64,000 bases of DNA from assembly GCA_977030845.1 (NCBI GenBank), contig OZ365114.1:25358001-25422000 (forward strand), read 5' to 3'. The notes under the pieces were generated by a model. The model did no database searches. It worked only from the letters and a program-made list of their open reading frames with translations, and was not told the origin of the DNA. Position 1 is the first letter of the stretch, and every line of letters starts with the position of its first letter. A program made the position numbers and the translations under genes. This DNA comes from Fimbriosthenelais zetlandica. Its lineage: Eukaryota. Shown here piece after piece: positions 38,897 through 52,840 of this stretch.

Positions 38897-41800
38897 TGAA
38901 ATCAATACTTGTAGAGGGTGAAATAGATTATTGGGGCATCAAGTTCGTTGTCTTAATGCACCAAAGATACGTACCACTACCACCTACCCTTGCACTTGAT
39001 GTGCTTTGACAGAATTAGACTAGAAATCTGTCTGACTCTCTCTCCGGTACATGTCTATTTCTCTGTGTGGGTGTCTAACTTGAAGGAGAAGGGGAAAGAG
39101 ATGTGGAGAGAGAGAGAGAAAGTAGAGTGAGAGGTGCGCACCTATCCCAGGCTGTCACTGTCAGTCAGTGACAGTCTGAAAGTGCCTGTACCCATCCGGC
39201 CTCCCACTGAACACAGGCGGACGCAGGGTATAGATGTAATAAACCTTACACTTATTATGTGAGAGAAAAGTCACACTTGACGCCAACAAACTGGCCTGCC
39301 ATCCTCCCACACGCCTTCACATCAGACGGCTACTTGTGCTGCACATAGACAGGGTGGGATATAAGTAGCTGTGTTAGGGGGTGAGCAGAGACACAAGTGA
39401 GGGCACTATAGGAGGGAATCCACATTCTTAACACACCTTTCCCGCAGTAAGCACCAGTATCTAGTTTGAAGGTACCTGCCAATCTAGCTTATAACTGCAG
39501 AGGAGAGCAATAGTGGGTTAGGCCTCCGACTTGATGGTTATTCATCTAACATAGACATGCCAGGAGCTTTGTTGATGAGCAGGGCCAATGGTGTGCACCT
39601 CATCTACGATAAGATCGTTTTTTTTTGTTTCTGGGTCGTACTTTGCATGTTCTAAGATCCTTTGATGAATCTAGGATCTGAACTTCTTGCATGCAATTCC
39701 CTTTAGTGTAGATGAATGGTGTTCCCATTGTTCGTCTTGCTATTCCCATGATTAAATAGTCCAACTAGTGATAACTTTCAATTTTGTTCGGCAATAGCTC
39801 TCCCCTACACCTCCACTTTTCGAGACTACTTCTCTTAATGGAAGCCAAGCGCATCTGGGGAATGTAGATTAGGTTTGGGTGATGTTAGTCCCTCACAGAG
39901 ATAACCAGAGCTAACACCTCCACACTTTGATATAGAGACTGAGCAGGCTTCTCCACCTGATCACATTATCACAATTACTTAACCCATCCTCTCCTCTACT
40001 CAGTACTAGTCATGTACTTTCTACACAGAGGGAGATGTCAGAGCCAACCAGATATATCTCCCCATCGTCCCCAGGGGAGCAGCATTAATCTGGCTATGTA
40101 CTTTCTTAACAACACTCTGACGGTCCAATATGTAAGTGCATCCCTTTGAAGGAGAAACCTTCGTGTTTAAACGCGGAGCCTTCTGCTGTAAAAGCCAATA
40201 TTTATTCATGAGACGAGATGGGAGAATTTTCTTCTTATTTATTGAGTTAGTGCCAAAGATTTTTCAATTTCCGCCCCTGTCTGCCTGGTGGGGCCTGCTG
40301 TGTTTTATGATGTTGGTATATATTTGCCTGACACAGTTCTCTCTTCTCTTCTTCCCAACGTACATCATGCCTATAATGCTCTTATTGCCATGTGAAATCA
40401 TTAAAAAGTTAAACAAATAGAGATCGTTCCTATATCCGCTTTTAGGTGTAGTCGGTGTCTTTCATTCGAACAGGTGGCTTGTCGACAACCATGTTTTTAT
40501 ATTTATTTTCCTCTAAAAACATTGCAGCGATATAACTATTATGAGATTAATAAGACTAAAGTATCAGATATATTTTTACTATATAATATACACCTTCATC
40601 TTGGATTTAAGTAGTATAATATTTGTAACACATCTAAATCCATTAATCAAACCCAGGCTTAGGATCCCGAGTATTGGATTGTGCAGTAATAAATGAAGGC
40701 CTGTATCGATTAAAGGTGGGATCCGACGCTCAGTGTTTATATCCTGTTTCCATTAGCCAGCCAACGTCAGTGATGATTGTCAGCCGCGAATAAATCATGC
40801 ACCAGACAGACATGGATTAATTTAGTGGTACACAAAAACATATTAACAGCCAAGGCCAACTCAGTCCAGCCAGCCAGTCTGTGCCATACAAACTACGAGA
40901 AAGCAATTTAATATGATTAGGTATTGTTACTCTGTCCCGGAACACCATGTTGTAGCACAGTTCCCATGTGAATTTCTTGTAAGGTTCTCTAAGATGTGAA
41001 GTGTTGTTGACGGGGCCTCTGTGCAGGCTTCTCTGCAATCACGAGCCTTTATTGGTTAATTCGTAGGAAAGGAGTTCTGTTGAAATTCATTTAGTTTTAT
41101 GAGTGAAGTTTAGATGGGTATTCAATGTGAGATGATAGCTGAGCCCAGGTGTAGCTCGAATAGCCTTACATGGAGGATTATTTCACAGTGCACAGTGTCC
41201 ACTCTTAGTAGTAATCCTTTCTCCACAGTTATAGACTCTTTCGATGGATAAAATGTGTTGAGTTTCATGGAGGATACACTCACTAAAATAGTCGTTCGGG
41301 ACATATAAAACAAGTAGATTTTTGGCTGAAGTTCAGCATCATCTCGTGCCATACTTTCAGCCAGCTTGGCAAGACTTTAAAGGCACACAAACGAGTTGGT
41401 GTTTAATGTGTCTGGTGGTGTTATAGGCCAGGCTGCTGTAAATTTCCCCTGGCGTGCTATTACTGTAAGTTGCAATTAATAACTGGAAGGATGGCTCTAG
41501 AGGCCTTCCCTCCCATCTCACTCCACTAGATCCAGTGGAACCCTCCTTAATTCCCCTCAAGTCGGCTGTGATTGAGTTCGGACCTAAAAAGGATTCGCAG
41601 TTAATTAGTTGGTTAGAGAAACTGAGCGAGGCAAGGGCTACCAACCAAATGCGCAGTTCCTCTTTAATGAACAATCCTGGAGTTACTTTGACTGTGGATT
41701 GGTCAGAAGCCCTGATTCCCTGTTTGCCATTTCTCGATGCTTCTTGCCCATCTCATCGTCCCGCATCTTGAACCCTGCCAACTCTATTAACAGAAGACCC

Positions 41801-42342
41801 ATCTTCTAAATGATATTACCTTCCCCGAATTATGTGTCGTGTAGTGAAACATAAGCTGTGAGCTAGATTGTTCGAGAGTATTCGTTCTTTTTAACAGCAA
41901 AGAATTGGGTGGCTAGGTTCATAATTTCCCAGCTTGCTTGCTAAAAAATATTGCTAGAGAGATTGGAATCGGGGAGGTAGAAACATACTTTTTATGAAGC
42001 CTAATTAATGCCCTCTTCGATATAATCTTGGGGGCTCCTGTTCCACATGGATTGTACAGATGACCTGAAGTTCCACATCAGTCTTTAGTTGGGAATAAAC
42101 GACCGTCTGCTGGATTTAATTTCCACAAGACGTTGTGTACGCGTATAAACACTGTCATTAGTCCAACATATGATACCGTCCACGGAATGAAGTTAACGAG
42201 ACACAAGTCAGAGGGAATTCCCAACTGCTGTATCTCCTATCCTTTAAAACCCTATCATTTAAACGAGGAGTCAAGCTGAAGCCTCAACTATGGGCCTACC
42301 GCCTACACGTCTGTGTTTACCGCCCTTGCCTATTGATTCACT

Positions 42343-42383
42343 CCCACCACCCCCACCACCCCCCCCCCCCCCCCCCACCCTCC
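42343..42383. repeat. C-rich tract (CCA repeats plus C18)
   Basis: CCCACCACCCCCACCA is followed by an 18-C run (42359-42376) and ACCCTCC. Confidence 0.9.
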
Positions 42384-43334
42384 AGCCAAATGCTGCCAAC
42401 AGTTAAATAACGTTTCCACCACGTGAAGCCCCGGCAAATGCTCCAATATGCCGTCCACCCGATTCCAGAAATCAATTTGTCATCCGCTAGCCGAGGCAAT
42501 GAAATCGACATGGCTACCTGTTGGAAGGGTCGCCAGGTTAATGATTACATTACCCCAGCACGCCACCAAATGACTTGATGAATGAATGTCTGGAGATATA
42601 AAAAATGTCCAAATCTCCTGCTGCAGGATTTGGTGGGATGACCCATGAAGGAATATCCGTCCTCCAGTCCATGACCAACTGGAAATTAATATGGCAAAGT
42701 AGTCTGCAATTAACCCAGTTTCCCCCGTAAATCCACTTGATCAGACATTCCAAGTAATGACTGGACAAAAAGAGAGATTCCTTCATTATGGAATTATCAT
42801 TTTCATTACTTGCTGAAGTATTCTTTTTATGCTATAGACTTCTGCTGCTATAGAACTTTCTGGAAGTAATGGCGAAAAATATGTAGGGTAGAGTGCATGG
42901 GAATCGGCTTGTAGCATGATGTATAAGTACATCACTTACAAGAAAGAAGCCTGGAAAGTTTACATATACATGTAACGATCCAATTATGATTCATATGGAG
43001 AGAGGCTGGATTGCCTATATGAAGACCACATCATCCTGGGTTAGGGTTGTCTGAGGGAGGCATCCTATATCTCATCAGTAAGGGTACTGTGTAAGAGGAG
43101 CATTGCTGTTCTGCCTGAAGCCATCGATTTATTAGTAGGACTCCATGTACATACTAATTACTGCTGTCATTGTTGGTTCTTAGCCAGGCGTAGTAATTAG
43201 AGTTGTCTGCCTCAGTGGATTAGACGGATCTCACCAGAAGTAAAACTCTACGACCTGTCTGCTTCATGAGACAGGCTGGTCAGGTGCTGCTTCAAACAGC
43301 CAGATGTCATTCACCCCAACTATATGTTATTGTG

Positions 43335-44739
43335 TTAATGTTCAATAACAGATTCCGTGGTGGAATATAAGTATAAATAGGCTACTTCCATACCCCTCCC
43401 TGCACTGAATCTTTCAGAATGATGTTTCAGAATTATCAATTTTATAGATGAAGAATAAATATTTGGTGTGTCCAATCTGAAGTATTCATTATGAACAAAT
43501 GGCTTCGGGAAAGGAAGGAGATACTTAGAACCCATTCTCAAGTTAGAGAAAAAGATTTCCGAGGAGAATTGTCGCCGGCATTCCAAATTTTTATATCGTT
43601 CAGAAAACAAACACGATTATTTTCCAGCCTGTTCATCCCACTAAGTGGATGAGAATGTTTTGATATCGTTATGTGTCGCCTATTCTTCACTGTCTGTCAT
43701 GCGGCAATCATCACTGTCCCAGTGGTCGGCAGAACACCTCTTGTTATCTTGACTTACCAACTTTCTCCAGGGACTGGCAGCATTTAAAGAAGCTGTGATG
43801 TATGAGTGGAGAAAATCATCAGTCAAATTGCCTTCTGACTTTTCAATCAGATTATAGTTGTATTGGAATACATTGGATGAAATCATATGAAAGTGTTTTG
43901 TCTGGTTAACAAACCTTCCCTGTTATGGGCGTTATTTTACTGTTGACAAGGATGAAGCTGTCCTTTTCTACTCTAATCATATTAAATGTCAAATATAGCG
44001 AAGTACTGCTCCAGACATGAAAGATAATAGTCATACCCTCTTTCCGCCGAAGGTATACGATTACCCTAGAGTCGTCACTTTTCATGATTGACAGAGAAGC
44101 TAAAGTTGTCCTCGTCTAGTCTGGTAAAGAGCACTCTACATTCTCCTATTGATTTCTGAGAAATCTTGTAAAAGTAAGCTTTTTCTTTGCCGAACCATTG
44201 GCCACTTGGTTGTTGAAGCCCAGCCGAGTTTTCACATCACTTTATTACTTGACAATGGAGCGAAAAGCCTGTGTTGGTCCTACGAGCTATAGTAAGGTTG
44301 AGGAGCAGAATATATCATATGTAATCTGTATAGATTCTTAATCTCCAAACCCTCTGGTCATTGTTGATTCCATTTGTTTGTAGACAGTTTTAATTGTCTC
44401 CCTCAGGCTCCTTTCCAATATTTGCTCTCGTGTTTCATTTTTAGTATGTGCCCGATTCATTTCCGCCCGAAAGGCATGCATATAGATTTGTTCAAAAATC
44501 AATATATGCAAGAGCCTATTAAATTCACGCTGGAAAACTGAAGTTGCGTTGAAAAATTGGAATTAATATGCCTGTTCAATAATTGGAATCCCCCCGAAGA
44601 ATTGAAGGCTTGATGTATTCCATTTTATCTGTGTCAAGCCAGGAGACTGTGTTTCCAGTCCAGTTACGCAGAATATGACTTATGATCATAATGATTCTTT
44701 ATGTCGCTGTTCCATGCGTGAGTCCAATTCTGATATCAT
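43335..44739 (-). pseudogene. Possible decayed protein-coding relic (TE- or virus-derived, family not recognised)
   Basis: Two stop-poor minus-strand blocks: 44739-44338 (134 codons, one internal stop) and 43886-43335 (184 codons, three internal stops), in different frames. The composition is protein-like, but no motif was recognised. Confidence 0.3.
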
Positions 44740-47700
44740 CCCTTCACTAACCTTACAAGATAAAAGCACTACTGAGCTTTAAAATGTGAATTATGGGAGA
44801 CGACAATGTAGAGAAGGGCAGGCCATATTATTCATTTTTTCTCCCCAAGGACTGAGGAGAACATGATACCATTTTCATTGTTGGATGTGAATTCCCTTCC
44901 TACTCAAAGGGGATGATTATCTCTGTCAACAATAACATCGCCTCCAGTAACAACTGTGCCTTTTTAAACAGCATTTTCTTGATTTAAACGAAGGAATTTC
45001 AACCAAATATTGAAGTTTTCAAGTCCCTTTCTACTTGAATAAAGATCAGTGAAATTGCATTCACTCTTTCCTCCAGGCTTTAACGACTTTGATTAGACAG
45101 AAATCAAATTACAAGTAACTTTGGTGACAAGAATTTCTAAGATCCTCTCAGCGATCCGTCCCTGAATTAGGTAGCACTTGATATAAATGTTTCAGTGAAT
45201 AATATATAAAACAAACAACTTAATATGACCTCTTCTATAGGACCATATATTGGGTGAATTGAGTTTTAGAGGTCAAAGGTCAAATAATATCTTATAGAGT
45301 CTATGATAAAATGCCCAATCTCAATTGTATTTATCAAGATTGCCTGTGCCCGGTGACCCTGTATGGAGTGTGTGTATGATGTGGCCGGAGGCAGCCAGGC
45401 ATGTAATGTGAACAACAATTGCTGGCGGGACTGCCTGTCAACCACCGCTAAATATTTGATCACTTCTCCAGCCAACAATAAGCATCCCACAGGGAGCCAA
45501 CCACTAGTCCTATGGTCAGCATTGCCACCACCTTTCTATCCATGTTTTGTCACCTACCTACATTTGTCTAATGATAATATTTGTAACGCCGAGCATTCTG
45601 CCCAGGCTTATGTTGGAAATGACTGGGTGGATAATAAATGCAGGTGTCCGAATTCCATTTGACAGAAATTTGTCAGGTGTATACAATATTCCTGTCAAAA
45701 AAGGTAATGGGACCTTGCAGTGTATTGTTAGTAGTTGGATGGACTAAGTTTGTACACGATCCTAAAGTCGCTGCCTGTATATATACACTTCATGAACCTG
45801 CACAAATAATGAACAAAGCCTTGTTTTGTTCTTGATCAAACATAAAACAATGTCTCATTTACATGTGGTCACTGGTGGAAAGGGAGCGTGTTGACATCCC
45901 ACCTCAGCTAGCTTGGATCCTCCCCAGGATTTACCTTGATCATCCTCACCTGTGCACACACTTACCACTCTTTCTCTACCCTCTCTGTCATCCCTCTATA
46001 GCGGGGCCATAGAGGCTGTATATTGTCCAACCAACTAAGTCCATCCATAAATAAAATTTACTGACAAATGCCAAAATCTACTATCTATTTGTAGAAGGAA
46101 ATCTTTGACAATTTAAAATCTGTAATACCAGACATTGCTTAATTTGACAATGGAGGAATATGTCTATAGGTGTTTGGTGCATTTGACTTTTATGCAGTTT
46201 AAATTCTATGCTGACATCTTCATTTCCTATCTATAGACACATCATGAAGGGTGCTTTTTATCTCTGGGAACCATCCCTCTTCATATTTGTCAGCTATTAA
46301 GCAAACACAGGTGATTCGATTTGCGGCTTCGCATAGAAAAAGTGCTATTTACAGATGCTATTTCCACAATGCTTTTTGGTGGAAGGTGAAGTATAGTCTT
46401 TACTTATGATACTGTAGTCACTAGCCAAAAATAAGCATCTTGCCTAGGATCGATTCAGTGCACAACTTCTGTGAAGGCCTCTCCAAGTTTAGTACACTAT
46501 GTCTAGTATAGTATGTACTTGGCAAATACAAAAAATTCTTTCTAAAGTTCCAACTCTACAGTACAGGTTTTGCCTGTCTTTATGGATTTGTCAAGTCTTC
46601 AAGCAACACCTACAAGCATCTTATAATCGTTCACATATATCATATGAACCTCTCAGTCTGAATTTATGACTGTTAGAAGTTTGTATAGTATATAAGAAAA
46701 GCAGGTGCAGGAACTGAAACTCTTGCCGTGCCTTGGTGCCTTTTGACTCAGACAGACTCCCAACTTTTCACCTTGTACAAAGTTTTGGGTCCCATCTGGC
46801 TTTTGCCTTGATAGAAACCTGAACTAAGACCTTGCCAGAGGACAGGGCTTGCAAAACAGCCTCCTCATATTGTAAAGAATATTTCTTTCAAATGAAGGAT
46901 CTTATTTATTATGAAAAAATAAGCAGTCGTCCTGTTCATTTTGTGATAGAGACGTGGAGACAGTGACATTGTCAGTGAGGACGGCTCGTGCTGGAGACTA
47001 TGTCATTATTCCACTCTATACACATGAGCCACCAGCTCCTGACATACACAGATGATTGCTTCTTTAATGAGGCTCATTCTCACATCACATATGTCATGAA
47101 GATCCGTCTTCTGGCTGTTAGCTTACACCAGTCATTACACCGCCTAGCTCGGTGCCTACACGCCTAGCGGGGGCCGAGTATTGGGCGGAAATTATTCTTG
47201 ATTTGAAGCCCGTGTCTTTATCGTATCATTCCCCCATCCCTTGTCTTCTGATGATTCGCATTGTATAGAAGGCAGTCATTGTTCCTCAAGCCACACCCAC
47301 TTCATGTGGCTTACCATACTTGCTTTGCTTCTTGATTAAACAAAAATCATTGAATTGAATGAATATGTATCATTATCTCTACACACTGACTTAGATGTTT
47401 GACTTCGAAAGGAAACTTATAACCTCAACGAATTTAAATTTGGGGTAGTATTACAATCGTAAATCAAATATAAGTCAAACATAAGGCAAACATTTCTAAG
47501 GTCATGATGCGAATGGCTTGTTTAATGGAAAAGTAAGGCCTGAAAAGACATGTTTGTAAATGGAAGAGATTTGTTTCAAAAGAAATATCCCCACTCTCTG
47601 TATATTGTTCTGGTATAAATTGGAGAAGAATGTGCCCTTTAAATTTTCTTTTCCGAGTGTACGCTACATTCTTTTGGGATGAGAGTGAGAAAACCATAGC

Positions 47701-50700
47701 AACAGTGGGACGTCCATTCTTGGTACGGAAGTAAATAGCAGTGCCATTCAATGCTATATATAGCAGAACTTTTATACTTGTTAAGATCCGACACCCATCC
47801 CTTTTCTATGTAAACCTACTCTTTGTCATTTATATTGCCAAAAGAGTTTTTATTCCCTGTCAACGTGGATCCGTCATGTGGGTTAGATTATTACCATATG
47901 TCTAGGCGTATACTTGGTTTTTCCAGTCTCATCATCTTGTCAGTAATTTTACCATTTATGACCCTCCCACTTTTGTCACCCATTATGCTTTTAAGAGCTA
48001 TCTGTCTGCTTATAAAGTATGCAAATCATGTCTACGTTGTGTGTCATGCTACTTTGGAAGTAATAAGCTCGATGGCTCTCACATTCAATGAGTGCATATG
48101 CGTGCTTGAACAAACAACAATTCATCACTTCAAGTTGATGTGTATATAGCGAGAGTGTACGCCGGGTGTATTAGCATAGCTGCTGAATACCGGATTTTAT
48201 CTCTCTTCATATTGAAAAATATTTGCTTCATATAAAGTCTGGAAATTGAGCTTGTAAATTTAAAACAGATCTACAGATTCCATAGTGTGTGAAATCAGAT
48301 GTTTCTGGCTTCATATCTGACCTCTAATGATCTGAACCTTACCGTAGAAGTCTCCCAAAGTACTTTTCCCATTTTCAGATATTTTGACAATGCCCAGCTC
48401 ACATGGCTAAGGAATTAATGACATACAACATGAGTGAAATCCGAGCATCATGAATGGTTGCCATGAAGTCCCATGATCATCTGCTATAGGATCATGTTTA
48501 TTTTCACCTCCCACCCCACCTCCCACCTCACCTCACTTTCACGGCAGTATCAATCTATCTAATTTGCTCAAATTACTAATGCCCTGATGCCAGTTGAGTG
48601 TGGACTGGTCACCTCACTGGCACCCAGCTCTCAGGTTTGATTGCTGAGCGGTGGTGAGCAGGAGAACCATTCCACCATGCTCCCAGCATGGAGGTTTATC
48701 GGTGGAATGTGTGTCCATGTTGATGTGGGCATGATGATGAGGGTGGCTGCCACCAGTAAGGTTAAGAAGGGGTTATGAGGTGCCTGTGGTTGTTATCCAA
48801 GAGGAAAAACCACGGCAGAATGGCCTGCTTGCATGCTACCAACGTATAATAACAAATCTGCTTTGGGAGAACGTTCACAAATCGAGACTCAACAGTGGGC
48901 CTGTTTTGACTGGTGAATGAATGGGCCCTGTCAGGGGACAGTCTCTTCGTTTATTTTGCTCTCTTGAAAACAGGTGTGACTTTTTTCTCTCCCCTCTTGT
49001 AAAGGGATTGGCATTGTACAAATGGTTGGTAATTTAAACAAATGCCTTCAGCGCCACTTGATTCGTGAGCTGCATTTTTGGACAGGCTGCAGAAGAACAA
49101 CAAGGAACAGATATCTCTGATGAGCTCCACCTTGTCGTTGACAATTTACATAACATAGTCAAGGCGCATCTCCATTTTAATATACATTTCCCATTGGATG
49201 ACAGCTTTTTGTCAGATGTCAGTGTATGATGACAATAGGCAAGATGAGAAGGAAAGGAATATAAACATATTTGTGCCGTTCTTTGAAAGAAGACCTGATT
49301 TTTATGTTCAAGTCGGTTACATATTGAAAGACGTTGAGATACATTTACCAACCATCTGCTAACACCGACTCCAAAAACATCATTGGTGCATTTATTCCAT
49401 GATGCTTTTACAAGCTTTTTAGTCGCACTTTTCTGTCATTCCGACCAGCTTGTCTTGTTCCATTATGTGGTAAAAAGGACACACTTAAGATCATTGTTGA
49501 ATCCAGCCTGCTATTGAGTCTGACAATCTTCCCACTGCTGCAAGGTTCATGCGAGCACTGTATCTAAGAGGCTATGAAAGAGTGCTTCACTGTTGAAAGA
49601 TTCCTCACGTGTAGACAACGCTTGGCTATGTTGATAGAAGCCCCGGGATAAGATGAAATAAAAAAGAATATGAAGAAGGAAAAAAACAGTCTGGAGCCGG
49701 CTTGAGGGGAACTCCGAATGTCACGTACTGGGGTGGCATACAAGAAGTTGAAAAACCAGAAAATGATAAGGGAAACCTCAAGAGAGTAAGATGATTAATT
49801 AGAAGTTGAAGATAACAATCCATCCTTATTATGTTTTCTTCACATTGGAGATTAATTAAAGGATGTACAAATGAGATTGGCAGTGCTCATGAAATAACGG
49901 CTTAAATACATTGTGATGCAGATCAGACTTCTCTAGAGAATAATATATGTCTACAATATTATGGTTGACAGAAAAATATTATCTCTGTATTTGTTACATA
50001 AAAGTTGGTTACGTCTTGACTATATCACCCTATGTCACCCAATGCTTGAGAAAAAACAATGGAAAACTGCCTGAATTTTGTATCAATCAGTATGGGGGTT
50101 TCCATTAATCTTTACTTCTAGAAATTTGTGAAAGATTTCTTCGTTGATATTGTCGTTATAAAGAATTGACTGTGAGGAATTTCCTTCAAGAACCTTCCTC
50201 TATCATTGAAACATTTTGTAGAACACTGTCAAGTTTTTGACGATCCATCGGATGATGGCATACGGCATATGCCTGGAGGCAGCCTACAGTGATGGGAACA
50301 TTCCCCGAGCACCTACCTGATGAAGGATGCCTCCACCTCAGCCTCATCTGTTAATATTGGCACCATGCTCCAACTCCACCCCACATAAAACACACAGCTA
50401 AAATATTTATATCCTGATAAAACAATGCCAGGCCTTTGTGTGGGACAGATATGACTTGTCATCATTTACATATAGCTTGGTTGTAGACTTGAGATTCTGT
50501 GATCTCAGTGCATGGTACAATGTTGGGCTGCATTCCCCTCATTCCCATCTGACATATGATAGGACAGGCCTATACATATGGATGATCCTATCCATAGCCT
50601 GGATGGCTATCAGAATTTCTATATTGATTGCAGATATACTATATCTTATATTAATTCACCTATATTTGCATGGTCGTGGGTAAAGGAATATATCTTTGCA

Positions 50701-52800
50701 GACATCCACCACAAAGCAATACCAGAACGATTTTCTTTCCCTGGTTCCCACATAACCTTTCCCTGATCACTTTCGAGCTGGAGGAAGGACACACGTAGAT
50801 AAATCTTGCTCTGTCACTTTCTTTCGGAGTATTTTTCTTGTTGGTCTGGCTCTGCAAACTTTTATATTGAGCAGAGCAGATCGATGTCTTACAAGTGCCT
50901 GGCAGCGATGGGGATGGAAACAAAGAGATGACTTTAGAATTAGTCCAGATGGTAGCAGGTGAGGAATAGATCACTGGCTTCTGCCTGGCCCATCTTTTTA
51001 CTGGCTCATTACCTTTTTCCTTGGCTGTCAGAACGTTGACAGACCATAGATCAAGGCAGAGGATAATCTAAAGAAATGACCCTGGGTGGTCTTTGTGCAC
51101 GTTAGGGGGATCATAAGTCGTGGTACAGCAGTGAGTGATAGGTGGCGTGGGCAGGGGACAGGTTCAATGTGCACATTTCACATTACCGCTGGAAGGGATT
51201 GCTGAAGAAGGCTGCACTGTCGAAAACTTATTGAGAAGTTAGTTGTCATTGATGTAATGTATTTGTGGCATTTTGCCATACGTTGATGCCAGCTATATAT
51301 TGGGCCATATATCTTGGGAAATGGAGCGATGCTCTATGATTGGCTGTCAAAACACATTTTTGACCATTTTAGGGAAATAAGGTTTCCGCCCTTTGAAGCC
51401 CTTTGACAAAGCATTCATTTCCTACCAAACGAAATAATACATCAGATGTGGCTGTGAGCTGTGCTTGCCTTTCCAGGAGAGTGGCCAAGCCATGCTCTCT
51501 CTGCCCACCATGGCTTGGCGAAGCCACAGGAAGGCCATTAGAGGCCTTACACAGACCCAATCTGTCAGAAGTCAAATGAAATATCCCCCGCTCTACCAGC
51601 CTTGATGCCTCCGAGCGTGATAATGCATTTAGAGTGAGATTAGAGCTGGAAGCTCAGCCTAAATGGTTTTACTAGATTTACCTTTAGGTCATGTTATGAT
51701 CAGGCTCCACCTCCGCCCTAAGGCATTAAATGCTGAGCTGAGGCAGTTCTACACAACATGCAAAGTGATGGGCATACTAAGTGATTTTTTACATGTATAT
51801 ATGGCTTTTTGTGCAAGAAAGTATCAGCATCTCCTTTCATTTGATGCTCCTTAAATTGTCCTGATACCGAATAAGCACTGACTCCATTCTTCTATAACAC
51901 ATGATTCCAGGCTACAGTAACAGAAAAATATGATTCGTCGTTCATAGGTCAAACGAATGGAGAGCCCTGTGTTTATATGTTGTGTCTGCATGGAGAAAGA
52001 AGGCTCTTTGCAGCCTGAGGAAAAATGCGAGTTTCTTGAGTGAGTGTAACTCATCTTAGTTTAGTTGTGTGTGTTGTATATCAACGACTGAAACGTGACT
52101 ATTGAGTGAGACAGCCATTGAGATGAAGTACATGTGACTACTTTCAACAGTAGAAACATTGAGACCATGTAACTTCTGTATGAGGAACATTCCAGTACTT
52201 TGTATTCTGAGGAGGAAATCCTGTCTCCAATGATAGCTTCCAGATCATTAATCAAATCAGGCTTTTTTTAAGTTCGCATCCATTGCTAATTTGAACTGTC
52301 AATAAGATTAAGAATTACTTCCATATAATCTTCCTTTGCATTCCGTGAGCCATTGAAAGTGGTGCAGCGGCAGACAGGAAAAACTACTCCCTCTCTCTCC
52401 AAAGTCATTAATGATAAACAGCTCAAATACATTCCCCCGTGTTTCAATTAAGAATTGTACCCAGGAGAATGGTGCTTGCCAATAATTGACGACTAGAATT
52501 TGATGTGGAGATATTCATAATGGCGCTCTGATCAAGCCTGTTGCCATGACATTCCCGAGGATCAGGCGCAGCCAACAGCATAATCATCAGCGACTGAGCA
52601 TAAAATGTACATATCTAATTGTCTCAAATGGATTTCCTTCACGAGGAACTTCTGTACCTAACTAATTCTATCCTGTCATGGTGAAGACTGCAGTCACCCT
52701 GCATGCACTGCCAGTCTGGGCATAGATTGTATCTCCTATCAGTTAAGAGCATTTAGCAAAACTATGTAAAACATACCATGATAATATTACTTATCCAAGG

Positions 52801-52840
52801 TTGATTGATTGATTGATTGGAACGATTGATTGGAACGATT
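52801..52840. repeat. (GATT)n microsatellite with GGAACGATT interruptions
   Basis: TTGATTGATTGATTGATTGGAACGATTGATTGGAACGATT. Confidence 0.85.

Noticed and set aside
47464-48149. Stop-poor minus-strand frames (…MGDKSGRVINGKITDKMMRLEK… and NGTAIYFRTKNGRP…)
   Set aside because: They look protein-like but carry several stops and a frameshift, and no family was recognised. Only worth a translated search alongside the 43-45 kb relic.
49062-49362. Two short adjacent + frames (SDELHLVVDNLHN… / VYDDNRQDEKERN…)
   Set aside because: Each is only about 50 codons, within chance expectation.
50446-50480. GACAG|ATATGAC (YD...) as a possible EXT1 exon 2
   Set aside because: It translates YDLSSFTY rather than YDY...FCLVPRGRR, and has no polypyrimidine tract.
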